IMG/VR virus record: IMGVR_UViG_3300034072_001021
Span: 186,001-250,000 of that record
Strand: one strand, 5' to 3'
Length of the DNA: 64,000 nucleotides
Of this stretch, positions 19,301-29,520 are shown piece after piece. The stretch's first letter is position 1. Each line of letters begins with the position of its first letter. The notes under the pieces are model-generated. The model saw nothing but the letters and a program-made list of their open reading frames with translations, was not told the origin of the DNA and made no database searches. Made by a program: the position numbers and the translations under genes.

Positions 19301-20068
19301 ATGAGCGAAGAACAAGGCGCCCGCGTCGAGACTATTCTGGATGAACCCTCGCTGGTTCTGAAAGCCCGCAAGCAAGAAGGCATGGAAGGCGAACCGACCC
19401 TCCGCGCCGCGTATTACGAGAATAATCCGCGCTTCGTCGTCAAGACCAAGGTGCCGAACGATCGTAATAACGGCAAGATCGAAGCAGCGATGAGCAATCG
19501 CGCTTTCTTCGCTGTACTGCGTGCTGTGGAAATGCTGGCCAACTCGAAAGAGCCCGGCGTGATCTGTATGGACAACAAAGGTCACCGCTTCGTCGAGAAG
19601 AAACGTGATCCGAACCCGTCCATCATGAGCACCATCAAGATCGAGAAGAACGCCGAAGGCGTGATGTCCATCTGCGTCAGCGCCGGCAAGAACCGTCCGT
19701 TGATCGAGTTCACGTTCCTGAACGAAACCTACCACCAGTTCCGCAGTGCCGAAGGCCCGATGCCAGTTGGTGTTGCTTCTCGTCTGTTCGCTCTCGGCTG
19801 GGTCGACACCATGCGCGAGTACATGACCCTGGTCATCGAGAAGAACTACAAACGCCCGGCCTGGATGGATCGTAACCGTCAAGGCGGTCAAGGTGGCGGT
19901 AGCTGGGGCGGCGGTGGTAACCGTCAAGGTGGCGGTAACAACTGGAACGGCGGTGGCGGTCAGCAAGGCGGCAGTAGCTGGAATGGTGGCGGTGGCCAAC
20001 AGCAACAGCAGCAAGCTTCCGTGTCCGGCGGCAATGATTTCAACTTCGACGACGACGTTCCGCTCTGA
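19301..20068 (+). CDS. chmC: ChmC-like RNA-binding shell-associated protein with G/Q/N-rich tail
   Basis: Immediately upstream of the gp68-like gene (the ChmC/gp67 position). Beta-rich N-domain plus a low-complexity tail ending DFNFDDDVPL. Confidence 0.7.
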   Translation: MSEEQGARVETILDEPSLVLKARKQEGMEGEPTLRAAYYENNPRFVVKTKVPNDRNNGKIEAAMSNRAFFAVLRAVEMLANSKEPGVICMDNKGHRFVEKKRDPNPSIMSTIKIEKNAEGVMSICVSAGKNRPLIEFTFLNETYHQFRSAEGPMPVGVASRLFALGWVDTMREYMTLVIEKNYKRPAWMDRNRQGGQGGGSWGGGGNRQGGGNNWNGGGGQQGGSSWNGGGGQQQQQQASVSGGNDFNFDDDVPL

Positions 20069-20180
20069 GTCCATGATTTCAAGGTAGAGACCAATCCATA
20101 AATCCCTAAAACGTTGATGCGTTTCGACACAGGAGCATGAATTTGCTCCTGTGTCGCCTATACCCTTCGGCTGTATTTTA

Positions 20181-20207
20181 TTCGAAGTGGTTTTGGCGAT
20201 ACATTAT
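20181..20207 (+). promoter_or_regulatory. TTCGAA-N12-ATACATTAT motif
   Basis: Exact match upstream of the gp68-like gene. Confidence 0.7.
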
Positions 20208-20235
20208 ACCCTTGATCAAGTAACCATGAGGATTC

Positions 20236-21813
20236 GTGATGCAGATTCAAATGAGGATGCCGGTCGAAGGGCCGCACGGGAAGATCGATATCTCCCACGG
20301 CGAAGAGACCCTTTCCTTGCTGATCGGCAGCTACCATTCGGCAGCTATCACAGACAAAGAGAACCTGTTCAAGGAGGTAAATGAATTCATCAACCGCATG
20401 CTCAGTGACGAAGAGCAGGCAGTGCTTTGGGGTATCTACTCCGACGTGCGCGAATACCTGGGTACCGATGGCATCGTAGGCTCCTACTTCGTTCGAGAGG
20501 AAATCGAGAAGCTGGTGCGGAAGATGTACTCCATCGTGACTTATGACCGTCTGCGCAGTTACGTGGATCGGGCTAACTTCAAGATCCCTGGCGATGTCAG
20601 TGAGGTCTTCAAGGAGTACAACGATCGTGGTCGTGTGAACTACCGCAATCAGACCTACATCCGTGCTGACTACATGGATCTGCAGGCGCTGGCGTTGGGT
20701 CTGCGCTTGATGGTGCCGATCTGGGGCGTATTCATCCAGAACGTCTCTGGCGATCATGGCAATGGGTTTAAGGAATCCGAAGCCGTCAAGATGATCGAGA
20801 TCGCCGGTGTGGTCAATTGGCCTCCGTACAAACGCATGCTCGACTACGTTGAAGCGTGTGTGGGCAAGGATACGTCAGCAATCTCCATGACCACCGTCAT
20901 GGCTGGTCTGTCCAGTGAAGAAGTGCCGCGTCACCTGATGGCCATGGCGCTGGTGCGCAAGATCGCTGTAGGTACGATCTCCACTGGTAGCGAATCCGAG
21001 TCCATGGCTCGTAACCTGTTCAACTACGTCAATGGTACGCTCCAGCGTATGGACGGCCGCTTCCAGAGTGTCACGGGTATCGTGATGCCGAAGAAGAGTC
21101 GTGCAGTCGATAAGTCTGATGAGGATAACTCGTCTGTATGGGATGACTACTCGCAGACCACCGACATCACTGAAGGTTCTCGTCAGCTGATCGAAGTGTT
21201 CTCCGAGAAGGTTGAAACGATCATCATGCGTTCCAACGAGCCGGTCGACATCTCTCGTGTCCAACAGTGCATTGCCATCTGTTCGCGCCACGAGTCCCGT
21301 CCGATCCTGCCGTTCCAGAAAGCGTTGATCTTCTGGGTCATTCGCAGTATCTCTCCTGATGCCCGTGATCTGCTGACCAAGCAGACCATGCTACGCCTGA
21401 TGGGTATTGCTCAGGCGATCCTGGCCCACTGTGGATATTACGAACTTGCCATTCTGATCTCCGCAGAAGAGCACATCAACGAAGAAGGCGTCTCGTTCAT
21501 GCCGACCGAGACTCGTAACAAGATCACCAAACAACAGGCGGAAATCCTCGACCAACAGTATCCTTACTACCGTCAAGAAACGAAGCGCCAAGATCCAGGC
21601 AAGCGGAGCAACGTGGCAGTCACTGCGATCGACATGATCGTAGCTGAGATGTCGGGCATCGCCTGGAAACCTCATGCGCCGCGCGACATCGTGGAGAAGA
21701 TCCCGATGCTGACGCAATCTGGTTACATGTATATCTCCGGCGACATCAAACGTCAGCTGGCCGATATGATAATCCGTATCAACAATACACTCAGGGGGCA
21801 ACATGGAGCTTAA
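20236..21813 (+). CDS. non-virion RNAP promoter-specificity subunit (phiKZ gp68-like)
   Basis: 525-aa helical protein; synteny between the ChmC-like and PicA-like genes. Confidence 0.78.
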   Translation: MMQIQMRMPVEGPHGKIDISHGEETLSLLIGSYHSAAITDKENLFKEVNEFINRMLSDEEQAVLWGIYSDVREYLGTDGIVGSYFVREEIEKLVRKMYSIVTYDRLRSYVDRANFKIPGDVSEVFKEYNDRGRVNYRNQTYIRADYMDLQALALGLRLMVPIWGVFIQNVSGDHGNGFKESEAVKMIEIAGVVNWPPYKRMLDYVEACVGKDTSAISMTTVMAGLSSEEVPRHLMAMALVRKIAVGTISTGSESESMARNLFNYVNGTLQRMDGRFQSVTGIVMPKKSRAVDKSDEDNSSVWDDYSQTTDITEGSRQLIEVFSEKVETIIMRSNEPVDISRVQQCIAICSRHESRPILPFQKALIFWVIRSISPDARDLLTKQTMLRLMGIAQAILAHCGYYELAILISAEEHINEEGVSFMPTETRNKITKQQAEILDQQYPYYRQETKRQDPGKRSNVAVTAIDMIVAEMSGIAWKPHAPRDIVEKIPMLTQSGYMYISGDIKRQLADMIIRINNTLRGQHGA

Positions 21814-23290
21814 CAAGATTCAGTTTCGCGAACGGCCGGGTTATCGCGAGCTGCATCTGCGGCCGTTCAATTCCAACGCAACGCGTGAAGATGTCGAGAT
21901 CCTGAACGAAGTCACCCATGGTGGCGAGCGTCTGGAACCCTCGATCCTCTCTGGCGTGTCCGGGCGTATCATCAAGCCTTCCGCTACCACTTGCGGGGCT
22001 GTGAACATCGCCAACGGTTGGAGTGAACGTCGTCTGATGTTCGCAATGGAAGTCGTCCTCCGTCAAACGCGTACCGCAGTACAGCTGCTGGAGATCAGCG
22101 GCCACACCGATCACGTTGGCGCAGTTGACCGCGGTACTCGTGACGTGGCCCTCGACCGCGACATGCGCCTGTACTTCAACTCGATCACGGAGATCCGTCA
22201 CAACTACATCGAGACGCCTCGTGCCGCAGGCTGGTCGAGTTCGGTTGGTCAGTGCGTACACGTCATCAGTCCTCACGTCCGTCCCGACTTCAGTGTCGAT
22301 CGTTCGACTCAGGGCACAATGACCATGCGTCCGGAAGACATCTTCCATTCAGATCCGCGTGATGTCCTGCAGAAGAGCTTCGAGCGTCATGTTCAGCGTG
22401 AAGGTAACTTCATGGACATGCGTCACAGTGTCGGTAGCCAAGGCCTCGTCCTGTCCGACCGTCGTAACGACACCACCACGCACTTCCTGCATCGTTCTCT
22501 GCGTGCGCTGAACACCGCACACCAGACCGGTGTAGAGCGTCAAGGTATCGAGTTCGACAACTCGGCCGTACTGCGTGATGCACGTGGTCAACTGCGTGAG
22601 CGTACGTTCGTAGGCTTTGCACCGTTGGCGGATCTGGCCCGTGACAGCAACATCATGAGCCAGGGTTTCGTTACGCTGGGTGAACTGATGGACATGAACC
22701 CGGACTTCGACTGGAATGGCGTTGAGGTGGCGTTCCTGCCGCCTGAGCTGCGTCATGACTACAGCGGTAGCACCAGTGACTGGCGTGGTCGTGACCATAC
22801 CACCATTGCTGCGTCCCACATCGCTCGTGCGCTGCCAACGTACATGAACTACCACCAGATCGGTCTGTATCGTTCGCAGATCAACAACATGGGCTTTGGC
22901 GGCGAAGTGTCATTCTTGACCGACTCGTGCCGTGCTCTGAACATCCACGATGAGATCGATCGGTCTCGCCTGGATGCGTTTGAGCAGCGTCTGCGTACTG
23001 AATTGTTCGAAGAGATGCTGCCGTGGGAAGGCTGCATGTTCGACATGAGCATCAGTGCCGAGCTGGGTCGTGACGTGTTCATCTCGTTGTCTCTGGACGG
23101 CGAACCGATGGCTGAGTTCGCATTCCCGCTCTTTGCAGACTCCATGGTTGCTCCGGTAGTAGTTACCGACCATAGCCTGATCACCTCGATGGGTTCCACC
23201 ATCAGCGGTATCGTGGATATGTTCGGCGATCGACTCGCTCGTGACAATCCCCTTCAACTGCCGCGAGGCAACACCCAGTACAAGTTCTAA
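21803..23290 (+). CDS. picA: PicA/Imp1-like nuclear import factor (gp69-like)
   Basis: 495 aa directly after the gp68-like gene; N-terminal LHLRPF and NGWSERRLMF resemble the family as recalled. Confidence 0.72.
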   Translation: MELNKIQFRERPGYRELHLRPFNSNATREDVEILNEVTHGGERLEPSILSGVSGRIIKPSATTCGAVNIANGWSERRLMFAMEVVLRQTRTAVQLLEISGHTDHVGAVDRGTRDVALDRDMRLYFNSITEIRHNYIETPRAAGWSSSVGQCVHVISPHVRPDFSVDRSTQGTMTMRPEDIFHSDPRDVLQKSFERHVQREGNFMDMRHSVGSQGLVLSDRRNDTTTHFLHRSLRALNTAHQTGVERQGIEFDNSAVLRDARGQLRERTFVGFAPLADLARDSNIMSQGFVTLGELMDMNPDFDWNGVEVAFLPPELRHDYSGSTSDWRGRDHTTIAASHIARALPTYMNYHQIGLYRSQINNMGFGGEVSFLTDSCRALNIHDEIDRSRLDAFEQRLRTELFEEMLPWEGCMFDMSISAELGRDVFISLSLDGEPMAEFAFPLFADSMVAPVVVTDHSLITSMGSTISGIVDMFGDRLARDNPLQLPRGNTQYKF

Positions 23291-23299
23291 GGAGCCGGT

Positions 23300-24688
23300 A
23301 TGGATCTTCACAAGTTCAACTCCAAGCTGCTCGGCTGCATCGGTATCGCCGATGAAACCGGCAAAGGCCACCTGAGTCGTGTAATGGCGAATGGTTCGTC
23401 CATCCCGTTCACGATCGGCGGTAAGCGTGTCGTTCTTCCGACCAAAGAGAACCTGCGTTCTCCGGAAGACAACACCATCGTCTTCCACCCGCTGTCCGAG
23501 AACATCACTCGCAGCGAGTCGGAAGTCCTCAAAGCCATGCGCGACACCATCATGTACCAGCTGACCGTGTGTTCTGTCACGCTGCTGACCGAGATGGCTC
23601 GCGTAGCCGCTACCCCGTCCGAGCACAAGCGCCTGGATGCTGCGTCGCAGCGTTACATGAAGAAGCTGGGTGACTTCGATGAACGCGCCTACGAGACCGT
23701 CCGTAAGGGCCTGGTTCGCGTTGGCCCGGAACCCGAGAAGCGCCTGATCTCCATCGCCCTGCGCAAAGGCAAGCAAGCCGACGGCGTGCTGCGTCGTGCC
23801 AGCTACAAGTTCCCGGTGCTGGACAGCGTCCTGGGCGATGATCCCGATCTGCTCGGTGTCAAGTACCCTTCGAAGAAGGCCCGTCAAGCCATCCGTACGC
23901 TGTTCGAAGTGGTGCTGGGTGACGAGACCACCCGTGCTTCGTTCGACTACGGTAGCAAGAACCTGACGGCTCCGTACTTCGATGCGCTGATGAACGCGTT
24001 CTTCAACATGGCCAACCACCTGAACCAGGTGATCGAGACGCATCGTAAGCTGCTGGGCAAAGCCATCGACTCCGAAGGCAATGTCCTGGATCACGACGCT
24101 GCTGATGATCTGCTGTTCGACCTGTCCTGGTACGAGGGCATGGACAACCTGGTGGAAATGCGTAAGCTGGTACCGCCGCAAGAAGGCAACGAAGGCAACA
24201 TCATCGTCCAGGCACCGAAGGAGAAGGAAGATGCACCGGCTCGTGTAGCCGAGCGTATCGCTCCGCCTCGTGACCGCGCCCCGGCGCCCAGCCGGCAGGA
24301 ATCCCGTCCCGAACCGGAAGACCTGCCGTGGGATACCGATGATCGTGCTGCTCCGGTGATCCGTTCCGAACACCCGGTGTTGAAGCGCAAGTCCCTCGAC
24401 GACTTCGGTCGCCGTGACGAGCGTGACAGTCGTGATCGCTATTACGATGATCGTGATCGCCGTTACGACGACCGTCGCGACAGCCGTGACAGCCGCGATC
24501 GTTACTACGACGACCGTCGCGACAGCCGTGACTATCGCCGTGACGAGCGCCCGCCGGTACGCCGCATCGACTTGGGACTGGATACCGGTCGTGATCGTTA
24601 CGATGATCGCCGTGACTTCCGTCGTGATGATCGTGGTCCGGCCCGTCGTGAATTCGGCGGTGGTACGCCGCGCACGATGCGCTTCTAA
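23300..24688 (+). CDS. gp70-like nucleus-associated protein with Arg/Asp-rich tail
   Basis: Synteny after PicA; C-terminal ~100 aa of RD/RY mixed-charge low complexity. Confidence 0.75.
   Translation: MDLHKFNSKLLGCIGIADETGKGHLSRVMANGSSIPFTIGGKRVVLPTKENLRSPEDNTIVFHPLSENITRSESEVLKAMRDTIMYQLTVCSVTLLTEMARVAATPSEHKRLDAASQRYMKKLGDFDERAYETVRKGLVRVGPEPEKRLISIALRKGKQADGVLRRASYKFPVLDSVLGDDPDLLGVKYPSKKARQAIRTLFEVVLGDETTRASFDYGSKNLTAPYFDALMNAFFNMANHLNQVIETHRKLLGKAIDSEGNVLDHDAADDLLFDLSWYEGMDNLVEMRKLVPPQEGNEGNIIVQAPKEKEDAPARVAERIAPPRDRAPAPSRQESRPEPEDLPWDTDDRAAPVIRSEHPVLKRKSLDDFGRRDERDSRDRYYDDRDRRYDDRRDSRDSRDRYYDDRRDSRDYRRDERPPVRRIDLGLDTGRDRYDDRRDFRRDDRGPARREFGGGTPRTMRF
24464..24532 (+). repeat. 27-nt direct repeat, 42-nt period, in the RD-rich tail
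   Basis: tacgacgaccgtcgcgacagccgtgac at 24464-24490 and 24506-24532. Confidence 0.9.
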
Positions 24689-24690
24689 GC

Positions 24691-24722
24691 GGCATAGAGG
24701 AGAGGGGCAACCCCTCTCCTCT
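24691..24722. terminator. GCATAG-family hairpin
   Basis: 12-bp stem between convergent genes. Confidence 0.75.
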
Positions 24723-24730
24723 TTCTTTGG

Positions 24731-25069
24731 TTAAATTCGTGCCTCAACTTGCCGGAACATCCGTTTAACGGTACCGACCATTTCAGGATTAGGTACCTTC
24801 AGTTCCTTGAAATCCTTTCGCATCTGGGTAGGACACGTGAACCCATTGACAGCCATCATGATGATCAGATTTTCAACGGGGTATCCCAACTCAATCAGCA
24901 AGGAGGTAAAGTTGTATTCGAACTTGTGAACAATTCCTGGATCAAGTGCTAAGTTCACAGAACCGGCCAACAGTAGCGATTTGTGAGCATGAACAAAGGT
25001 CAGGAATTCAGGCGAGTGATAGATGGTATTGCCTGAGCTTACCATCATCGACATTAGCGATGCGCTCAT
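24731..25069 (-). CDS. conserved small phiKZ-like protein (reverse strand)
   Basis: 112 aa; a reversed gene upstream of the nvRNAP beta subunit matches family synteny. Confidence 0.7.
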   Translation of the reverse strand: MSASLMSMMVSSGNTIYHSPEFLTFVHAHKSLLLAGSVNLALDPGIVHKFEYNFTSLLIELGYPVENLIIMMAVNGFTCPTQMRKDFKELKVPNPEMVGTVKRMFRQVEARI

Positions 25070-25082
25070 CTAGAGTTCCTTG

Positions 25083-25109
25083 TTTGAATTTTATTCAGCG
25101 ATACATTAT
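25083..25109 (+). promoter_or_regulatory. TTTGAA-N12-ATACATTAT motif
   Basis: One-mismatch copy upstream of the nvRNAP beta gene. Confidence 0.65.
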
Positions 25110-25151
25110 TCATACGGTAAGCTAATAATACCGATGTGTAAGGGGCACACA

Positions 25152-27350
25152 ATGAGTGACGAAAACCCAGACTATCATCAACTGTCGTCGTATGACGGCA
25201 ACGTTCAGCTTCATCCGGAGCTGATGTCGTTGTATGGTCTCAATCCATTCATTCGTCACATCTCGGCTTCTCGAGCTGCGATGTTTACGAACAACCTTTC
25301 TCAGATGGTCGTCATCAAGAACCCGATGGCCAAACGCATCATGTCCGGCATGGAGCGTCCGTTCGGGGAGACCACCTGTTCCATCGAATTCACCGATGAT
25401 GTCGAAATTCTCGAAGTCATCCCACGATTCGCCCACACGGCAGGTGCTAACCGCATCCGCCATTCACCGCAAACAGCGGTGATCTACGAGAACCACGAGA
25501 CCCACAAGATCGGCGTCAAGATGATTGTCGATTACCACATCTCGCACCAGCACTTTGGTACCGAGTTCGTGCGTAACCGCGATGTCATCGACCAGCTGCG
25601 CCGCGGTGCACGGTTCCGTAAGGGCACCAAGCTCGCCCGTTCGCCATTGATCGATGATAATGGCAACTACTGCTACGGTCGTGAGACCAACGTGCTCATG
25701 TGCTCTGACGTGGCAGGGACTGAAGACGGCGTTAAGGTACGCCGTGGCTACATCGAACAAATGGCTCCTACCGGTTTCGAGACCCGTGTCTTCGAGTTCG
25801 GTCGTGAGTACTTCCCCATCAATCAGTCTACTGTACCAGGCCAGTACAAGATCTTCCCGGACATTGGTGAACGTGTAAACAGCAGTGGTCTGCTGGTGGC
25901 TCTGCGTCGTTATGACCCCATCAGCGCCGTGGCCAACATGACCAACGAAGCGCTGCTGCAGCCGGACTACATCTTCGACCGCAAACGTTTCGTGCAACAC
26001 CTGGATGCGGAAGTGGTCGACATCAAAGTCGAACGCAACACGTCCATCAATATCCCGCCCTTGCCAGTCGGGATGGAAGCGCAGTTGTTGAAGTACTACA
26101 ACGCTGACACCGAGTTCTATCGGAAGATCGTTGACGTCTGGATGGATCTGCGTAAGAAGTGCAACCAGCGCAAGATCCAGCTGGAGCTGGAAGACGAGTT
26201 CAGTCAACTGGTGTACGAAGCTATCGGTCGTGTAGGGCCGGACTATCTGCGCCATGACGGCGGTTTCGGCCGTAGCGTTGATGAAACCATCAAGGTGGAC
26301 AAAGTCTACCGTGGTGTCAAGATCGATGCCTGGCGCGTGGAGATCAAGTTCAAGTACCTGTCGATCCCCAACAAGGGCTACAAGATCACCGATATCGACG
26401 GCGACAAGTCCGTAGTGGTAGAGGTGGTTGATGATGAAGACATGCCGCGCGATGAGAATGGCGTGGTGGTTGACATCGTCGTAGACCCCAACTCTCGCTG
26501 GAACCGAGTAACTCCGGCATCCCCCATCGAGATGGTGATCGGTGCATCTGGCCGTGATCTGGGTAAGCGCATCCAAGCCTCGTTCGGCTACGACATGAAT
26601 GTCCAGCTGAAAGAAGAAGAGTGCGAAGATGCGGTGTATCGTCCTGAGAACCTCGAACTGGTCAAGGCAGCTTATGCTGAACTGCTCGAGTACTACAAGG
26701 TCGTAGCGCCATTCCAGTACGAAGACATGACAGATCCTGAGTTCCTGGCGAAGAACCCGGAGCACATGTACGATCATGTCAAGTCCGTGCTGCTGGATCA
26801 CATGTACGGGCTGTATCTGTACATGCCGACCAACAACCCAGTCCATATGCCGACTGTGATCTCGACGATCCGCAAGCGCTGGCCGCCGTTCATTACCCCG
26901 GTGCGTTTCCGTGGTCGTGATGGCAAGATGAAAGTATCGCGCGAACCGATGCTGATCGGTCCGTCGTACTACATCAACCTGGAGAAGACCGCAGAAGACT
27001 CCTGGATGGCCGCTGCATCGTCGCGTTGCAACGTGTTTGGCACTACTGCGCGTCTGAGCAACAACGACAAGTACGACTCTCCCGGCCGCGAGTCCGGTAT
27101 CCGAGTCGGCGAGTCTGAGATCCGCTCTGAGTCTGCTTACTGTGGCGGTGAGGCAATTGCCGATCAGAAGGATGCCAGTAACAACCCGATTGCCCACAAG
27201 TTCGTGGCGCGTCGTGTACTTACCCATCCGACACCGACCAACATGGAAGAGGCGCTGGATCGCAAGATCGTACCTGTGGGTGGTCATCGTCCGCTGGCAT
27301 ACATGCGGCACATGTTCGCATGCTCCGGTAAAGAACTGACCAACGAATAA
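25152..27350 (+). CDS. non-virion RNAP beta C-terminal subunit (gp71-73-like)
   Basis: KITDIDGDK (GxK motif), DIVVDPNSRWNR and GIRVGESE; uninterrupted. Confidence 0.92.
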   Translation: MSDENPDYHQLSSYDGNVQLHPELMSLYGLNPFIRHISASRAAMFTNNLSQMVVIKNPMAKRIMSGMERPFGETTCSIEFTDDVEILEVIPRFAHTAGANRIRHSPQTAVIYENHETHKIGVKMIVDYHISHQHFGTEFVRNRDVIDQLRRGARFRKGTKLARSPLIDDNGNYCYGRETNVLMCSDVAGTEDGVKVRRGYIEQMAPTGFETRVFEFGREYFPINQSTVPGQYKIFPDIGERVNSSGLLVALRRYDPISAVANMTNEALLQPDYIFDRKRFVQHLDAEVVDIKVERNTSINIPPLPVGMEAQLLKYYNADTEFYRKIVDVWMDLRKKCNQRKIQLELEDEFSQLVYEAIGRVGPDYLRHDGGFGRSVDETIKVDKVYRGVKIDAWRVEIKFKYLSIPNKGYKITDIDGDKSVVVEVVDDEDMPRDENGVVVDIVVDPNSRWNRVTPASPIEMVIGASGRDLGKRIQASFGYDMNVQLKEEECEDAVYRPENLELVKAAYAELLEYYKVVAPFQYEDMTDPEFLAKNPEHMYDHVKSVLLDHMYGLYLYMPTNNPVHMPTVISTIRKRWPPFITPVRFRGRDGKMKVSREPMLIGPSYYINLEKTAEDSWMAAASSRCNVFGTTARLSNNDKYDSPGRESGIRVGESEIRSESAYCGGEAIADQKDASNNPIAHKFVARRVLTHPTPTNMEEALDRKIVPVGGHRPLAYMRHMFACSGKELTNE

Positions 27351-27372
27351 TCGGGAGGGGCAACCCTCCCTC

Positions 27373-29475
27373 ATGGAGATAACGATGCGTCGAATCACTG
27401 CACGCAGTTTCATGAACCTCGACATCCATGCGATGTGGCCACTGCCTGATGAAAAGATGGAAGTGGAATTCGATGACGGTGTCATCGAGACCAACACTCG
27501 CCGCATGGTGCTGAGCTGGTTCTGTTGGGAACTGCATCGTAAGTTCCCACTCACCCCGTTGAACAAATCCCACTATGTGGGCAATGGGTTCCCGAGTGCG
27601 GACATGGTGCCGAAAACCATCTCCAACATCGTCCACGACCTCCACTACACCTACTTCGGTGACGGTCATCCTGAGATCCGTGATCACGATGCTGTGTATG
27701 ATCGTGAAGAGGTATGGCGGGTCGTTAAGGATGTAGGTAACGAGATCTACAACGTCCTGTCGATCAACCTGGAAGAGTGGCAAGTATCGATCAACGCGTT
27801 CCATCTGGACGAGCTGTTCTGGTACGAACCTATCGTCAAGATCCGCGACTCGCTGGAGCCTACCCAGATCTCCATCAGCCATGCGCTCGATGCAGCTGGG
27901 CAGATCCTGATGAAAGATCCGGCGATTCTGCACAACCCGATCGTTCGGGGCCTGCGCAGTAAGCAGATCAAGATGGGCCAGTTCCTGCAGATCCTGGTGT
28001 GCCTGGGCTTCCGAGACGACCTGGATCAGACCATCTTCCGGAAGCCGGTGATCAAGGGCTTCTATGAAGGTCTGACCACCTTGCACGATATCATGATCGA
28101 GTCGTGCTCGGCCAAGAAGGCGCTGATGTTCACCAAGAAGCCTCTGCAGATCGTAGAGTACTTTAACCGTAAGATGCAGCTGTCTACGGTGGTGGTCGAT
28201 AAGCTCCTCTGGGAAGACTGTGGGTCGGATCGCTACTCCGAGATCTACGTGGACTCCGTGATCCTGCCGCACCTGGAAGGTAAGCTGTACCTGGGCTCCA
28301 ATGGTAAGCTGACGCCGGTACGTCAAGATGACCACAAGCTGGTGGGTAAAACCATCAAGATGCGCTCTGCGTTCAACTGCAAGCATCGTGGCGAAGGGGC
28401 TGTCTGTCGTGTCTGCTTCGGTGAACTGGCTTGGTCGATTCCTCGCTTCACTTCCCTCGGTCACACCTGTGCTACCGAACTGTGCCGTGAGGGTTCTCAG
28501 CGTACGCTGTCCGTCAAGCACTTGGACGGTAGTTCGATGGTGGAGGTCATCGAGATCCCGGAAGAGTATCAGTCGTACATCGAAGTCTGCGCAGCCAACA
28601 CCGACGCCGATGGCGATGGTAACGTGGAACTGCAAGTGGACGTCGAGCTACTCGGTGAAGAGATCCCGCAGAGTGCCGATGAAAGTTCGCTGATCAAGTT
28701 CAACTCGCGTATCGCCAAGATGACCCCCATGCTCATCCTGAAGTCGACTCCCGAGAAGAATATCGAGAACGCGTCCAACCTGGTGAACCTGAACAAGGAC
28801 ACCAACATCAAGCACCTGAACATCCATCGCTTCACTGCGTTCCGTGAAGTGCAGTTGCGGATGGTCAACCTGCGTGAAGAAGCCACTGAGGTCTACGTCC
28901 CGGTAAGCCAGGGTGCCCGTCTGGGTTCCTTGACCCGCCTGCTCCTGAACCACATTCAGGAAAATGGCTACACTGTCGACGAGAACGGTGACTTCTGCAT
29001 CGACCTGAGCAACTGGGACTTCTCGTCCCCGGCGTTCAGCCTGCCGCGTCGTCATGCCAGTACGCTGGACTTCATGGCAGAGGTCGAGGCATTCATTCGC
29101 TCGCCGTCCAAGAAGTCTGAGCGCAATGGCTTTGCTGGCCGTATGCTCACCAGTTACACCGACCCTGTGACGGCACTGGTAGACTTCAGCGATCTGGTCA
29201 ACTCAAAGCTGCGTGTTAACATCGCGCCCTTGGAGGTAATCCTGCTGAGTCTCATGCGTCCTGCCGATGATCCTGACGACTATAACCTTCCGGATTACGA
29301 TCGCCCGATCAAGTTCGAAGAACATCGTCGGCTGATCCAGGAACGCTCCGCTGGCCAGATCTTCGCCTACGAACGGCAACCGGACTACATCGAGGATGTC
29401 AACGCGTATTCGCCGCACAAGCGCACGCCCGGCCTGCTCGATCCGTTTGTGTTCCCTGAGGTGATCAATACCTGA
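27373..29475 (+). CDS. non-virion RNAP beta' C-terminal subunit (gp74-like)
   Basis: RSAFNC...VCRVCFG Zn site, LCREGSQRTLSVKH, synteny. Confidence 0.9.
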   Translation: MEITMRRITARSFMNLDIHAMWPLPDEKMEVEFDDGVIETNTRRMVLSWFCWELHRKFPLTPLNKSHYVGNGFPSADMVPKTISNIVHDLHYTYFGDGHPEIRDHDAVYDREEVWRVVKDVGNEIYNVLSINLEEWQVSINAFHLDELFWYEPIVKIRDSLEPTQISISHALDAAGQILMKDPAILHNPIVRGLRSKQIKMGQFLQILVCLGFRDDLDQTIFRKPVIKGFYEGLTTLHDIMIESCSAKKALMFTKKPLQIVEYFNRKMQLSTVVVDKLLWEDCGSDRYSEIYVDSVILPHLEGKLYLGSNGKLTPVRQDDHKLVGKTIKMRSAFNCKHRGEGAVCRVCFGELAWSIPRFTSLGHTCATELCREGSQRTLSVKHLDGSSMVEVIEIPEEYQSYIEVCAANTDADGDGNVELQVDVELLGEEIPQSADESSLIKFNSRIAKMTPMLILKSTPEKNIENASNLVNLNKDTNIKHLNIHRFTAFREVQLRMVNLREEATEVYVPVSQGARLGSLTRLLLNHIQENGYTVDENGDFCIDLSNWDFSSPAFSLPRRHASTLDFMAEVEAFIRSPSKKSERNGFAGRMLTSYTDPVTALVDFSDLVNSKLRVNIAPLEVILLSLMRPADDPDDYNLPDYDRPIKFEEHRRLIQERSAGQIFAYERQPDYIEDVNAYSPHKRTPGLLDPFVFPEVINT

Positions 29476-29487
29476 GCTTAACAAATC

Positions 29488-29520
29488 GAAGGGAGGGCAA
29501 CCTCCCTTCTTCTTTTTCGT
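29488..29520 (+). terminator. Rho-independent terminator
   Basis: gaagggagg-gcaa-cctcccttc followed by a T tract. Confidence 0.7.

Noticed and set aside
24420-24640. CRISPR-like repeats
   Set aside because: The repeats are in-frame low-complexity coding sequence without unique spacers. No CRISPR array was seen anywhere in the window.
25464-27566. 700-aa minus-strand ORF, and similar long antisense ORFs (22910..24373, 27220..28635, 59616..60944, 62429..63751)
   Set aside because: They mirror well-supported + strand genes. Strong codon bias suppresses antisense stops, and they show no RBS or motifs.
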